From assembly GCA_951406725.2 (NCBI GenBank), contig OX597820.1, positions 77,438,001-77,502,000 on the forward strand: DNA of 64,000 nt, read 5' to 3'. Below, one piece after another: positions 13,310 through 30,400 of the stretch. This stretch comes from Octopus vulgaris. Its lineage: Eukaryota. The notes beneath the pieces are model-generated. The model was not told the origin of the DNA. It made no database searches and saw nothing but the letters and a program-made list of their open reading frames with translations. Every line of letters begins with the position of its first letter. The first letter of the stretch is position 1. The position numbers and the translations under genes were made by a program.

Positions 13310-13780
13310 TTAATTAAACACTTAATTAGGAATTAATTAGACTTTCTGCTCCAGAGTTAATTTCTTTGCAGAATTGTTCACCAAATCCAACTGAATCTAT
13401 TCATGTCACTTAAGAAGCATTTTAGGTATGGATTTATAATTTAAGAAGCATTTTCTACCAATCACTATACACTAATTAAGAAGAAATATACAGAAACACA
13501 GTTTTCAAGCTACGTGATGAATGCAACATAGAAACATGACTTAGGCCCAGTTGACCCTGTTGACATGATAGGAAGAAATTAAGAAACATCGCAGGTATTG
13601 GAAGACAATAACAAATCTTTAATCAGATCGTTAATTAGATCTTAATTAGACTTTCTGCTCCGGTGTAAATTATTTCACAAAAATATTCGGCTCGTCAAAC
13701 TGAATATAATCTTAGTATGTAAGAATGATAGGTATGGATACCAAATTTAAGAAGAATTTTGACTAATTAACATATTCTCC
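13310..13780. repeat. Diverged direct repeat, period ~309 bp
   Basis: TTAATTAGACTTTCTGCTCC at 13333 and 13642, each followed by AACTGAAT, TAGGTATGGAT and AATTTAAGAAG in register. Confidence 0.7.
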
Positions 13781-14278
13781 TCTATTGGATATGGAAAAAC
13801 ACCTTTAACTGAAAAAAATGTTGATTTTCCATTGCATAGCATCGGGATCCTTCCTCCATTGCTGGTGCTGTCTTCTGTCATCACATTATTGCATGTCGCT
13901 TTCGTTCATTCGAATAAAATTAATTTTTAAAGATGACTTGTCCCTCACAAACTTCACAAAAATGGAAACTGTTACAAACAAAAAATGGATTAAAACTACA
14001 ACAAAGAACAACTTGCCCCTTGGACAAAAACGTCACATAAATGCCAACTGGCTATTAGGAACCAACGACGAATTGAAACGTTTACGTACCATGTGGCAGC
14101 TTTGGCCTGTTGGCAAACCCGTCGCTTACAAAGCATGATTGTATTGAAAGTATAATAGTGAGCATCGAAACCCCTTACTCGCACTGTTGGAATTAACAAA
14201 GTTTGATATGGGTAACCGGTCCTATAATTCCTCCATCCAGACAGTAATGTTAGCTTTCATTACATTGATTTTTTTTGG

Positions 14279-14419
<141 letters not shown>

Positions 14420-14489
14420 GCTTGTGGTTGCAGCTTTCACTCTTTTATCACATGAAATTAAAGAGCATTTCATCCGCGTTTTCATTATT

Positions 14490-14693
14490 ATTCTAAGCAC
14501 AAGGCCCAAGATTTTGAGGAGGGGGCCAGTCGATTAGATCAACCCAGGTACGTAACTGGTAATTAATTTATCGACCCAGAAAGGATGAAAGGCAAAGTCA
14601 ACCTCACCGGAATTAGAAACTCAGAACGTAAAGACAGATGAAATACTGCTACGCATTTCGCCCGGCATGCTAACGTATCTGCCAGCACGCCGC
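14490..14693 (-). mobile_element. SINE family D monomer (tail Y type)
   Basis: Full reverse complement of head, core and tail. Confidence 0.85.
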
Positions 14694-15519
14694 TTTCCAC
14701 GGCTTCTTTATTGAATGACAAATGTGATATTTGAGCTAACGGCTACGCACATAGTCATTTGACTGTTTGCAAGTATAAATTTATTGATATTTCTACTATT
14801 GCATTTTGGAATTTTGAAATATTGAATGATGTTCTTGTATTATCATTGCGGTAGATTTTCGTCATTCTTTTACCGTGAGCCCTCTTTATGAGTCAAACGA
14901 GACAAAAAGTTTTCTATTTGACTCTACTACAATTTTTAAAGCGATGCAGCGTTACAATATCTCGTGAACATTTTGCTTATTTAAACGGGTAGAGAGATAT
15001 TTCAAGGGGACTTTTTTGCTATTTCGCGCTGGCTTTGCAAACATGTCCGACTTTATTAAGATTGGTTTGTGAGATTATTTGTCATAGGTATATTATTTGT
15101 TGTTCAATGTTACCAGTCTGATTTGTTGCCCTTTGTATGCATCATATTGTGTGTTGTTTTAATGATTCATGTTATGTAGTCTCACGTTTTATATGAAATG
15201 AATTCTGTATGTTGTTGGGAACGGTTTAAGGTCGAACGAACATCTTTTATACGAGCTATGTACTGAATACTTGAGACTTTAAATATTTTAATACTGTTAT
15301 TGTAATATATGGGCGTATTTTCTAAAATATATGCTAAAAGATTTTATATGTTCTGTGTTGAGAATTCAGTTTCGTTTCTTTTATCTTTCTTTTCTGAAAA
15401 TCACTTTTTACAACATTCACATAAATATTTATTAAGCATGCCCATAACCATTTTCCAACAGTTTTCCAACTATAAGATACAAATGTTGCTCGTTCAGATA
15501 GAAATAGCTGCTAAAAATC

Positions 15520-15832
15520 AGCGTATATCATCTGCACGTCCTGGAATGAGAATAAGTCGCAAATGATCGCCCACGCTGGAGAAAAATACTGCCATAGGGG
15601 ATGAAGCGAAAGGAAGAGAGACAAGAACTTACCAGCAAAGAAAAGCGCCCTCGACGAAAGGGAAAAATAATAGTGCAGTAAAGAGCTCCTTCAAATGCAG
15701 TCGTTGTATGCGTGACTGCCACTCTCATGTGGAACTCTAAGGCCACACCAGATGCTGCATCATTATCAGCATCTGACACAATTTCTCCGGGCGCAGATCC
15801 ACAGTCTCTTGAGATCGACAGATGCCTACTGT
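15520..15832 (+). mobile_element. RTE-type LINE 3' end fragment
   Basis: Decayed frames give W..E..A.DRPRWR and FKCSRCMRDCHSHVEL*GHTRC (C-terminal Cys/His finger typical of RTE ORF2), followed by a short 3' UTR. Confidence 0.6.
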
Positions 15833-16934
15833 ATCATCATAAGGGATAAAGAATATTATGCACTGGATAATGTAGCCCTGAGTACAAAATCCTTATAAAA
15901 ATTGAATAATGTCCAAATTATGAACGCATTTCAATATGTACCTATTTTGTCTATCAATGTGATGTAGAGTTAATCGATAAACGGAACGAAAATAAGAATA
16001 ACAATTTTAGCATGCAAAGTTGATACTTTATCAACTAAAACATTTTTTCGCATTGCAAATATTTATCGTTTCAATATCACACTCATTAATTATACAGTGT
16101 TACTGAATATTCTTTATCGTTCGTTTCAGCAGTATTGAAGTGTTAAACTGATTCCTTTTACTCAAACAATATCATATCACATTTATTTCAAATTAATGGT
16201 TTGCTTGCTACTAAATCAGCGATCTATAGTAAAATTAGACTTCTACCCCTAAACTTTCGTCATAGGGGAAGAAGGACAGACGTCGCTATGATATTTAGCA
16301 ATCCGACCAAGGATATTGGCAAGAAAGCGGTTGTTATGGGAAGTGTCGCTAGGTTTTGGGACTCGAACCAATCGAAAAACTTTTCATTGAACTAAATTTA
16401 TCAGGGCCCCTTCCACGCCAAATGTCTTAAACTCTTTATACTATGTTGTATGATGTAGTGGTTGTAGTTGTTATATATATATCAAAATATCTTTGCTCAA
16501 TACTGCAATAAAGTGGATTAGTAGCTTACATACGTTAACCTAAACTGATAAACATTTTTGTGAGCAAGAAATTGGAAACAGAAATAACCCTTCTTTCATC
16601 TGTTTTAGGGGTAGAAGAACAAAACTATGTGAGTGGAAACGTTGGTATGTGTCTCAAAACAAAACATGACACACTGGCAAATAATTTTAATGAGCTATTC
16701 CTTTACTAAAAACACTTTTTTCCTAATGTTCCATATCAGATATCGATAGATGAAGTAATTTACTGAGACATTGAGACACGTAATATTGGTTCCAGTTCAC
16801 TCATAGTCCATTCCCTGCACAGAGTGTTGAAAGCCTGAGGCCAGTATCTGATGAACATAAGAGTCTTTTTACTGCTCATGTACAGCAGCATCATTGAAAT
16901 TTATGTGGTATATAAATTGTGAATACATAAATAA

Positions 16935-17140
16935 TAGTTACAAATTTTGGTACAAGACCAGCACTTTCAAGGAGGAGCAGGGATAGTCGACTAAGTTGAC
17001 TCCAGTCTCGTGCCGGTACTTATTTTGTCGATCCCGGAAATATGAAAGACAAAGTCGACAGGTAGAATTTGAACTCAGAACGTGAAGACGAACAAAATGC
17101 CAGTAACGACATACTAAAGATTCTGCCAGTCTGCCGCCTT
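16935..17140 (-). mobile_element. SINE family D, degenerate
   Basis: GGTACTTATTTTGTCGATCCCGGAAATATGAAAGACAAAGTCGAC..GAATTTGAACTCAGAACG..TCTGCCAGTCTGCCGCC. Confidence 0.75.
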
Positions 17141-17359
17141 TATGAATACATAAGTAATAATTTTTTCATAGTATTGTTCAGATATACATCTTTCATTGTT
17201 TCGTTGTTTTAGATTTGAACAATTTCAGGAATTAACATAAATGCCACTTGTTTCAATATTTGAATGTTTTTGCGTATAACACACACAGACATATTTTTAG
17301 ATGTAATAGATTTACCATATTTAGAAATAGTGCACTTTCTACAATAATTTGGCAATAAA

Positions 17360-18576
17360 ATTAATATTGACCACTGGTAATGGCTTGTTTTCAGGAAATA
17401 TGAATTTTTATATCAGTGTGGGTATATTGTTTTATTATAAACAGACATATAATAAACAAATGGAAACGAACGGAAGTATTTTAGCTCAACTGTTTAAATA
17501 ATTATCAATGCCGAGAGATAATAAAACTGCAACTGAAACAGGACTATCTCTAAATATTATAGCACGTTAGGAGGAACATTAAAATGATTATTGTCAATGT
17601 TTTAAGCAACAATAAAAAAATGGCATCATTTATATATTCATGAAACAAATAGCTATGAAAATGGACATATGTAGGTGCATGCGTAGGTGTGTGGTAAGAT
17701 GTTTGCTACCCAACCAGACGGTTCTGGGTTCAGTAACTCAGCAAGAAGCTTCAGATACAGATTGTGAGTGAGTGAATAGAGGAGAGAAAAGAGTGAAAAG
17801 AAAGGAATTGGATAGGTGCGGGGAAGAATGAATGAGAGCGAAAGTAAGATATAAATCAATGGTCAAAATTTTAAAAATAAATATGAAGATAAACATGTTT
17901 ATTAATGTTGACCACTGGTAATGGCTCGTTTTCAGGAAATTTGAACTTTTATATCAGTATGGGTGTATTGTTTTATTATAAACAGACATATAATAAGCAA
18001 TAATAAATCTCTGAGCGAGATGTAAACATTAAGCGCTCGACAACGTAAAGTATTCTAGCCATCTCAATATGGCTAACCACTAGGGGTGAGTGTTACTGTA
18101 GCTTTTTAGCCCCAGGATATCATCGACTCCAGCTGGCTTTAGACGCAATTACTGTGCCCTTATGATATTTGCAAAGGGAGGTCACCCCTCTCGTAAACCT
18201 AAGTGATACGCATGAACTGCAGTTTCGAGATTATTGTCTTTTGCCAACACACGGTAATCACAGGTTTTCGATAAGAGAGGCCTGTTTGCGAATATCTATT
18301 TAATGTTTTTGCCAGTAACCACTGTCACTGATTTTGAAAAACGGTCTGAAAGCAATAATAAATATCTGAGCGAGATGTAAACACTAAGCGCTCGACAACG
18401 TAAAGTATACTAGCCATCTCAATATAGCTAACCACTAGGGGTGGGTGTTACTGTAGCTTTTTTTTTTGAAACAAATGGAAACGAACGGAAGTATTTTAGC
18501 ACAACTGTTTAAATAATTATCAATGTCGATAGATAATAAAACTGCAAATGAAACAGGACTATCTCTAAATATTATA
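17360..18576. repeat. Local ~200-bp direct duplication (17360-17561 versus 17901-17996 + 18469-18576)
   Basis: ATTAATxTTGACCACTGGTAATGGCT...GGACTATCTCTAAATATTATA occurs twice; the second copy is interrupted by an insertion. Confidence 0.9.
17995..18468. mobile_element. ~470-bp insertion with ~113-bp terminal direct repeats (355-bp period)
   Basis: AAGCAATAATAAAT..CTGAGCGAGATGTAAAC..GTTACTGTAGCTTTTT at 17995-18107 and 18350-18462; absent from the sister copy of the flanking duplication. Confidence 0.8.
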
Positions 18577-18589
18577 AATAAACATGCCA

Positions 18590-21395
<2,806 letters not shown>

Positions 21396-21503
21396 TATAT
21401 ATATCACGTGATCACGTGACCGACCTAGACCATCAGCTGTTGCTACACATCGCTGGTCTCAATGCGTTCGCATTGTTTTAGCCTTCGAACGACGCCACCC
21501 CGC

Positions 21504-21526
21504 TATATATATATATATATATATAT

Positions 21527-21573
<47 letters not shown>

Positions 21574-21574
21574 T

Positions 21575-21636
<62 letters not shown>
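21504..21636. repeat. (TA)n/(GATA)n microsatellite
   Basis: Seen directly in the sequence. Confidence 0.95.
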
Positions 21637-21637
<1 letters not shown>

Positions 21638-21689
21638 TGCATGTGTGTGCGTGCATGCGTGTGAGCGTGTGTGTTTTTGCATGTGTATG

Positions 21690-21900
21690 TGTGTTTTTAC
21701 GCCTTTTTGTCCGTGCTCATCCTCTACATCTTGACAACTCGTAACGGTGTGTTTATGTCTCCGTAACTTAGCAATTGGGCACAGATATCGATAAAATATG
21801 TACCTAGCATAACAATATAATTACCAGGGTTGATTCATTCGACTAAAAATTCCAGGAGTTGCTCAAAATATGGCCGTAGTTTTAATGAATGAGACAAGAT
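21690..21900 (+). mobile_element. SINE family B, degenerate 3' half
   Basis: CTTGACAAC..GGTGTGTTTATGTCTCCGTAACTTAGC..TTCGACTAAA..ATGGCCGTAG. Confidence 0.55.
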
Positions 21901-22636
21901 AAATGACGCACTTTATTAATATTCGCTGCTACGCCGCAGTTGGCAGATACTTCAAAATCGAAACGTACTCATTTCTTTTGAAAGACCCACCCATACAGTT
22001 TGATAATCAAGGCTACTCCTGTAATCAGAGCTGACAATACTCTTCACTTAAAATAATAATTCGCTTGAGTAATACTATGGAAATACGGTTGTTGTTTAAC
22101 CTACGATAATTTTCACACTCACAAATGCTATTGGAAATTAACTTCAGTAATTTAGAACCTCGTTTTCTGCAGTATTTGTAGCATTCTTTCTACGAAACCA
22201 ACTTCAATAGTTCCTGAGGCAATTAATTCTTCCCGTAGAGATTATTTGCCAGACATTCACTAGCTTCTGAGTGTTTTGAAATCAATCGAATGCAACGTTG
22301 CAATTTCAGGTTGGATATAATTTCAGTGTCGGCTAACATGATTTTTCATTTTATTTTTGTTCTAATGACTTGCACTTAGTAAATCTTAAAGAAAATTGCT
22401 CACAACTTGAGTCAGCGTTAGTCGATATTTGCTTTTGAACGCTTTGAGTGACTGTGAAAACCTGTCAATTATGTTTTCGGGTATGTGAATATTTAAAAGT
22501 ACTACTCTCAACAGGAAGCAAAGATTATTTTGCTTTTAAAGGCTTCTGCATTTTTAAATGTAACATCAAAGGTTGTGTCATTTCCCTACAAATTGGTATT
22601 CGGAAAATCTAAATGCAGAGCGAGAGAATGAGAGAG

Positions 22637-22690
<54 letters not shown>

Positions 22691-23260
22691 ATCATCTGTG
22701 AAGAATCATTCGATTACACATTCGCGTAATATAATTATATAATACTTAACAAATAATACTTCATTCAAATAAACAGACAGACTGGAACAATAAACAGAGT
22801 TTTGATTGACACAATGTCCACTAAGTCAAAGAACATACTTAATCTTGCAGATACCGATATCACATGGGACATTTTCAAACTGAGATTTAAAATTTAAGTA
22901 ACGTGATTTAAATTTTAACTTCAAGTTAATTATGTTCGGTGCTTACACAGTTTCCCCAATGAACATCCATGCATTTTGCAAACACGCTTCCAAAATTTGT
23001 CACTCTATCAGTCAGATGGTGACTCGATCATATGTCACATAAACTTTTTTTTAAGGTCTTATCTTTCGCTTGACGTTTCAATACTTTTGGGATATTCAAT
23101 GAAGCAGTTCTTATTTTATCATCCCTACAACAAATCTAACTACACGGAAATTATAACATGATGTTATCTCCTATCTAAACGAGTAGTCAACAATATATTT
23201 CCTCACAAACATTGTTTAGGTCTTTAATATGCTTGACAACCTCATTAACATGCTATCATT

Positions 23261-23638
23261 GAGGCGGCGAGCTGGCAGAATCGTTAGCACATCGGGCGAA
23301 ATGCTTAACAGTATTTCGTCTGTCGTTACGTTCTGAGTTCAAATTCCACCGAGGTCTACTTTGCCTTTCATCCTTTCGGGGTGGATTAAATAAGAACCAG
23401 TTACGCACTTAATCCGTTTGCCTGTCCTTGTTTGTCTTCTCTGTGTTAGCCCCTTGTGGGCAGTAAAGTAAGGGGTATTTCACCTGTCGCTACATTCTGA
23501 GTTCAAATTTTACCGAGGTCGACTTTGCATTCCATCTTTCCGGGGTCGATAAATTAAATACCAGTGAAACACTGGGGTCGATATAATCGATTCGTCCTCT
23601 CCCAACAAATTTAAGGCCTTGTACCTATAGTAGAAAGG
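23261..23638 (+). mobile_element. SINE family D dimer (head-core-tailX-core-tailY) with a 17-bp TSD
   Basis: TSD ATTAACATGCTATCATT (23244-23260) / ATTAACATACTATCATT (23639-23655); the second unit restarts at GGTATTTC. Confidence 0.9.
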
Positions 23639-23991
23639 ATTAACATACTATCATTTACTTTTTTTGTTTTCCTCTCTGACAAATAGCTAGAATGAAATAT
23701 TTTATTCTTTAATTTTATGGAAAAATACAACACAAAGGAATGGAACATTCTTTCCATGGTACTTTAATATACATATAAGTAGTAAAGCTTGAGATCTCGG
23801 GAACATATTTTTAGTAGAGGATTTGCACACCCAAGACATGCAGAATAAATGACCATTGACTTGAAAATCATGGAAGAGTTAGCAGCAGGCAGGACCTATG
23901 GCTGTAAAAGAATGCTGGAATGTTTCTGCGTAGCAGAAGTTTGCTTGAGACAATGAGCGTAAAAACCAATAAGGGTGTACCTACTACTACA

Positions 23992-24023
<32 letters not shown>

Positions 24024-24168
24024 AGACACACACACACATACACACACACGCACACTCATTCACACATGGTTACACACATTTATATATATATACATACCAT
24101 ATATAATCATATAATATGTATACATATATGTATGTGTGTGTACGTGCGTACGTGGCGTGCGTGAGTGT

Positions 24169-24211
<43 letters not shown>

Positions 24212-24704
24212 CATATCACCGCATGTTGTTCCATGTCGAACGATGATATTTCTTGACATTTCAAGCCTAGCTGAAAGTAATTTGAAGCTGCCGGAAACAA
24301 ACTCCGAAAACCGAAATATTTCAGTGATTTTTAAATACTGTTTCCTCAAGAAACCTTATTTTTCTTCATTTTACGGAAGAAGTCGTGCACACAATATTTC
24401 GAAGCATAGATTTCATTTTCTTTTCTGATCATGATAAAAAATTTCGATGCCGCTGCCTTGAAAATTTCTGTTACAGCTCCTGTTCTTTCAATGATATTAG
24501 TTGACATTCAGAATTATTTGAAGAGTAAATGTAATGTTAAAAATATCTCACAGACGAAATAAACTTGGAAGTATGAATTATAATAGAATAGAATTTTAAA
24601 CAGGCGTTAAAATAAGCAACTTATTGGCTATCAGGTGTTGATGATTTTCCTAATGTCCCGAAAGCTAAGTAAATAAATACGTTCGGATATTACATATAAA
24701 TTCT

Positions 24705-24895
24705 TTCTAAATTTGGCGCGAGGGCCACAATACTGAGAGGAGATGCAAGTCGATTACCTCGACATCAGTAGTTGGGTGGTACGTACTTCAACGTCGACGA
24801 AAGGATGGAAGACAAACTGAGGTTCGGCAGCATTTGATTCCAGAAATACTACTCAGCACTTTGCCCTGTGAGCTGTCTATTAAGCCGGTTCGCCC
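24705..24895 (-). mobile_element. SINE family D, highly degenerate
   Basis: AAGTCGATTACCTCGAC..GAAAGGATGGAAGACAAA motifs. Confidence 0.45.
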
Positions 24896-25655
24896 ACTAT
24901 GGGCGAATAATATAATAATATAATAACACTCAAGGCTTGCATAGAAAGATGGATGGGTGGATTTGCCTACTATAGCTAATAGTTTGAAGGAAGCTTGTTT
25001 ATCTAGTATGATAAATTATCATGGAGGTTTGTTTATCTAGTATGGCCATTGTAACATGTAGAATGTGTGTGTGTGATTAAAAAAGCAGTGATTCCTAATA
25101 TGCACTTCAACTCAAACGGGTTGGGCTCATATTTACTGCGTATCATTCTGAAGCGCAAATAAACTAAGCCTCTCTACAGTAGAAGGGTTACATAAAAAAC
25201 ACTCGTCATCAGTGCTAGATTACGTGGTTGTTCCAGTGCTGAAAAAAATATATTATGCATGTACCCTGTACACGAATATGTTTCATGTTGATGTGTAAAA
25301 ATATAATTTATTTACGACAGAATATTGAATATATTCCTTTGTAGTGGTAGCGTATCTATTATTGAAAGCAAGCCTCAAATAACGTACCTTTGATTATCCA
25401 ATTACTTTGATGTTTATTTGTTCACCTACTACCTGTAGTTTTGTGGCTTCACGAAGTGTTACGTTCCAACGAAATTTATGATCATAGTGAAATACGATCA
25501 AATGGTTGTCAAAAACATGACGTTTGAAACTATATGTGTGTGTGTAACTGTGTTTGTATAATTGTATATATATAAACGTATATATACAATTATATATGCA
25601 CATACATATCTATACACAAACATATATACATATATATATGTATATATGTATATAT

Positions 25656-25729
<74 letters not shown>

Positions 25730-25754
25730 CAAGAGAGAGAGAGAGAGGGGGATG

Positions 25755-25850
<96 letters not shown>

Positions 25851-26319
25851 GTGTGTGCCTGTGAATATGTATATATTTGTTTACGTGTTTACAACGTCTA
25901 CGTTTTTGCTTTGTAATAAATCAAAGATAATTTATGGCTAACTGTGACACTTAGTGCAATATCTTCCACTTCTTTCCACATGAAAATATTACAGCCGCAA
26001 TGAATCTCTTGAAATAAAAAAAAAATAAAATGAATGGAGTTCTCAGATTCAATGACGTCGAAGTGTAAATAGTAAGCTTCCAAGACTAACCTTGTAATGT
26101 TTCACTTCACCATCCATAAGCAACAAAGTTACTCAAATACGATACGTGGGAGGAATGCATAAAATCTTGAAAGGGGTTTTCCTCAATATGATAGGCATAG
26201 GCATTTTTTTTTTACCATTTACTTGTCATGGATGTCATACAATGTCATGACATCACATAGATTACATTTCCCTGTTGTGTGTATTCAGGTAATTGTATTA
26301 TCTACAGACATTTTGTATA

Positions 26320-26560
26320 GGCGCCTGGTTTAGTGGTTAGGACGTCGGACTTATGGTCGTAAGATTGTGGTTTCGAATCCTGGATCGAGTGACGAGTTGT
26401 CTTCTTGAGGAAACATTCATGTGACGTTGTTCCAGTCTACTCAGCTGGCAAAAAGGAGTAATCCTGCGACGAACAGACAGCCCGTTCAAGGGAGGGGGGC
26501 AATATACGCCATGGAAGCCATGGAAGTGGCCCTGTCAGTCTAAATGACTCCGGAAGGAAA
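26320..26560 (+). mobile_element. SINE family A-related, degenerate
   Basis: GGCGCCTGGTTTAGTGGTTAGGACG..GGTTTCGAATCC head and CCAGTCTACTCAGCTGG body. Confidence 0.7.
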
Positions 26561-26586
26561 TTTACTACTACTACTATTGCATACAT

Positions 26587-26622
<36 letters not shown>

Positions 26623-26623
<1 letters not shown>

Positions 26624-26783
26624 CACCACCATCATTTAACGTCCGTCGTCTATGCGGACATCGGTTGGACGGTTTGACAGGAGCCGGCCAGGTGGAAGAC
26701 TACACCAAGCTACTGTGTCTGTGTTGGCATGGTTTTCCTTGCTGGATGCCCTTCCTAACACTAACCACCCCGTACAGTGGACT
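26623..26783 (-). mobile_element. Short retroposon 3' tail fragment
   Basis: CATCATTTAACGTCCG..GGTTGGACGGTTTGAC..GCTGGATGCCCTTCCTAAC has the look of a SINE/LINE tail ending in (GAT)n on the minus strand; only one copy in the window. Confidence 0.45.
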
Positions 26784-27499
26784 ATATATATTTTATATAT
26801 ATATATATGTATATACATCTCCGAAGATGTATATGCATGTCAATAACATTTCTGTTTAAGAATAATAAATATCACAAAGTTATAGAGTATGTAGATATCT
26901 GGTTATATTTACTTATATTGACGTGAATACAAATGCGCACATATATATATATGCGCATGAATGTCTTGATGGGGAATGACGTACTTTTCACTGATGTGAA
27001 TTTAAGGAATGAAATAGTACTCTTAAAAATCGACATAGGTAGAACATATTCACGATCGTATTCATGCACTATAATTTAGGTTGCTAAATTCACGAAATAT
27101 TGAAAGGCTGGTATCGCACAAACATTTGTCGTTGCTCTACATGAATTAAATTGGCATGTGAACTACCAGATTTATATAAGCGAAGTCCATTCTTCCTATT
27201 TCTTTCATGCATATAAACACAGTTTCATTGCATGGACTTCATGTTCAATTGTATATTATGTGGTGCATATATATACGTTAGACGCATTCAAATGGTACTA
27301 CTTAATTTCAAAATCCTCAACATCGAGATAAGTGCGTGTGTGTGACAGAGAGATAGAGAGGCAGAGAGAGACAGAAACAGATAGGAAGACAGAGAGACTG
27401 ACAGAAACAGAGAGGGACACAGAGAGAAATACAGAGACAGGCAGATAGACATAGAAAGAGGTAGACACTTAAATTACACTGTCAGCAGACAGACAGACA

Positions 27500-30400
27500 A
27501 AAGTCGTTGTTAACAGTAAGAGTTCCCAAAAGGTTTATCCCTACGGAAAAGTACCACGGTAACCTACCAAACGAAACAGAAAAACATTAACATGAGAGCA
27601 AAGTGCTCTTACTCTCTTTGTTTTATAGGATAATGCTCAAGATGGTTCCCTCATTTATCCGTATCATGCTTGCCAATTTCACCCATCTTTTTTTGAAGCT
27701 TTCATTAGACAAAACGTCTCTCTCTATTCTCATCTTCCTCTTCAAGTGTTACTTGAAAAAGTCGATGAGAGGTCGGCCAGAGAGGAAAGTGTCTGTCTCT
27801 AAAACTTTTACACGAGCTCAACACATACATTCTTCTTTCCCTGTAGCCAACAGTACAATGAAAACTGCCTTGCTTTGCCCGTTAAAAGAAGTTGGGAGCA
27901 ATATTCACGATAGACTCGGCCGACAACCGAATTCATCCCACACGTGACAGCAGCCGTTCGAGATAAGCCCACAGGACTGAAATGCTTGGACATTGCGCGA
28001 GAGCGTGCAGAACGGTTTCGTCGCTCTGGCCGCATCTCTGACCGGGCAAGATGGTCCAGTGTTCATTGAAGCGTGTCTATAGAGCTTTGCTTTCTGATAG
28101 CGATGCCAGGTGAGGGAGCTCTGGAAATTATACATAGGTCCCGTCTCGAAAGTGGTCCTGAAGAGGAGGGCCAGATATTCCACGTCAACGCCGAAGGTCT
28201 CTCTAAGAATGTCGTCGCACCTCGCTTCCACTAATCCACTATAGAATGACTTCGTGGAATTCAAGTAACACATGTTAGATCCAGGACAACAGAGTTGCTC
28301 CAGAGTACGTGACACTCGCGGTTCTATTCGCCCAGCCTCGGTCTCTGTTTGATCCACGATTGCAGTTCGGTCAATGAGACGAGCTGCGGGGAAGTGCGTC
28401 TCACAAACGGTGACGTTTGTTCACCATCGTCTATGAAACGCTACAGATTTCGAAATCTCAGCGCAAGTCTCCGCATCATTAACCACGGCTTGCCCAGCCC
28501 TCCATTTAGCGGATGTTGGCAGTAAATGGATCACCTGACCATCGGAACGCTTCCCTTCCACAAAAAGCGGAAGAGAATGTGTTCCAGTTTTGTGATTGTA
28601 GGGTCGGGATGAAGGATCCGATGTACGTATTCGCCACCTCAACCCGACATTTTAGAGATAGCTTCCTCTCGACCCATTGCTGTGTGAGAGTGGCTACGCT
28701 ACTGTTTATCTCGTCCCAGTTCTCTATTTGAGATACGGACCGAAACAAACACCGAGCAATTTAACAGGTCCGTCGGTCCAATGTCCCACGATAGAGACGC
28801 TGTTGGCCAGCATGGGTTGTTTTTCCAGGTGCTGAGCCGCAAACCCACTGACTTTTCCGGGTTAATTTTCGCTCCTGTTACCGCTTCGTATTTTTTTAGT
28901 GTCTCGCCGTCCAGGTCGGTTTGCCTGTGGCTCGACACTATTACGGTGACATCGTCCGCGAATACAGACATGCTCCTCCCGTATGCCAGTTCTTACGGGA
29001 TGACCCTCAGCGTCGAGAGGTTCCTCAAAATTGGCTCTAGATATAGAAGCGATGGAAGGGGGCATCATTGACGGAACGAACGCGTGATGTTAGATGGTCT
29101 AGATAGATGACCATTTACTCAATCCAACTGCTGAAGACGGGACCGAAACCAGCAGCCCTCAGGACAGCCTCCAATTATCGATGGTCGACCCTATCGAAAG
29201 CTTTCGATTAACACAAATTGATCAGTGTCTCATCCATGCAAGGTTCCTTAACTACCCTGTCTATGATACATCGCATCAGAGGGAGGTTATCATGAATACT
29301 TCGGCCCGGCACGGCGCAAGCTTGCGCCTTGTTGACAAACGCCAACCTCTCCTCTAGCACCATGGCCAAAAATCCCTTCTCTTCCTATCTCTACTCGCAT
29401 AGTCTAAATGCGTGTCCAAAGTAGCGTTCTAATCCCCTCTAAAAGTAAATATCGAGATATTCCCAGGAAAACCTCTAGACGTCGAAAAAAATTCGACCGA
29501 CCTGATAAAGCTGGCGCGTACACTGTTAATGGTCGGAAAGCAAACCCATTACTGCCATCGTTATCCAAGACGACCAGCCGGGTTTAACAATATTGCTCTT
29601 ACTTTCAGATCCAGGCACTTTCGAAAAAGCACCGCAATATCATCCATTCTCGGCAGACACGGGGAAAATAAATATCGAATTGTCTGCCAAATGTGGGCTT
29701 GAGGGTCAATGGGATGGAGGGTCTGGTTTAGCTATGATATCTACACTTTGTGACTTGATGTCATTTAACAAGTGACCTTATTTTCAAGGCGAACCCAAAG
29801 CACGCACATTTATACTACCTATCTTGAGCATGAATCTGACGGAAGATGCGTCTCAAACACAAACCGAAAACAGAAAGTGGGGGAGAGAGAAAGGTCAGTT
29901 AGTGTTTCGGAAGTTGGGGATATTCCTCTTCAGTTTCCGTGCGGAGATTTTTATATAGTTTTTTTTTGCGAAATGTTTTTGAAATCTCCCTACTGCATTA
30001 GGGTAGAAGGATTTCATTAATTTGTGTGTGTTTTGTGTGGTATGTACTATTTTTGTGTTGTGGCGTTGCTGTGCGTGGGTGGTTGTTTGTTTCGAAATTG
30101 TTTTCAATTATGACGGTTTATTGCATTAGGTCCAAATTCTTCGTGTTGATTGCGGTATGTTTGTAGTGTGGAGGCGCAGTGGTTAGGGCAGCGGACTCGC
30201 GGTCGTAGGATCGCGGTTTCGATTCCCAGACCGGGCGTTATGAGTGTTTATTGAGCGAAAACACCTAAAGCTCCACGAGGCCCCGGCAGGGGATGGTGGT
30301 GATCCCTGCTGTTCTCTTTCACCACAACTTTCTCTCACTCTTACTTCCTGTTTCTGTTGTACCTGTATTTCAAAGGGCCGGCCTTGTCACTCTCTGTGTC

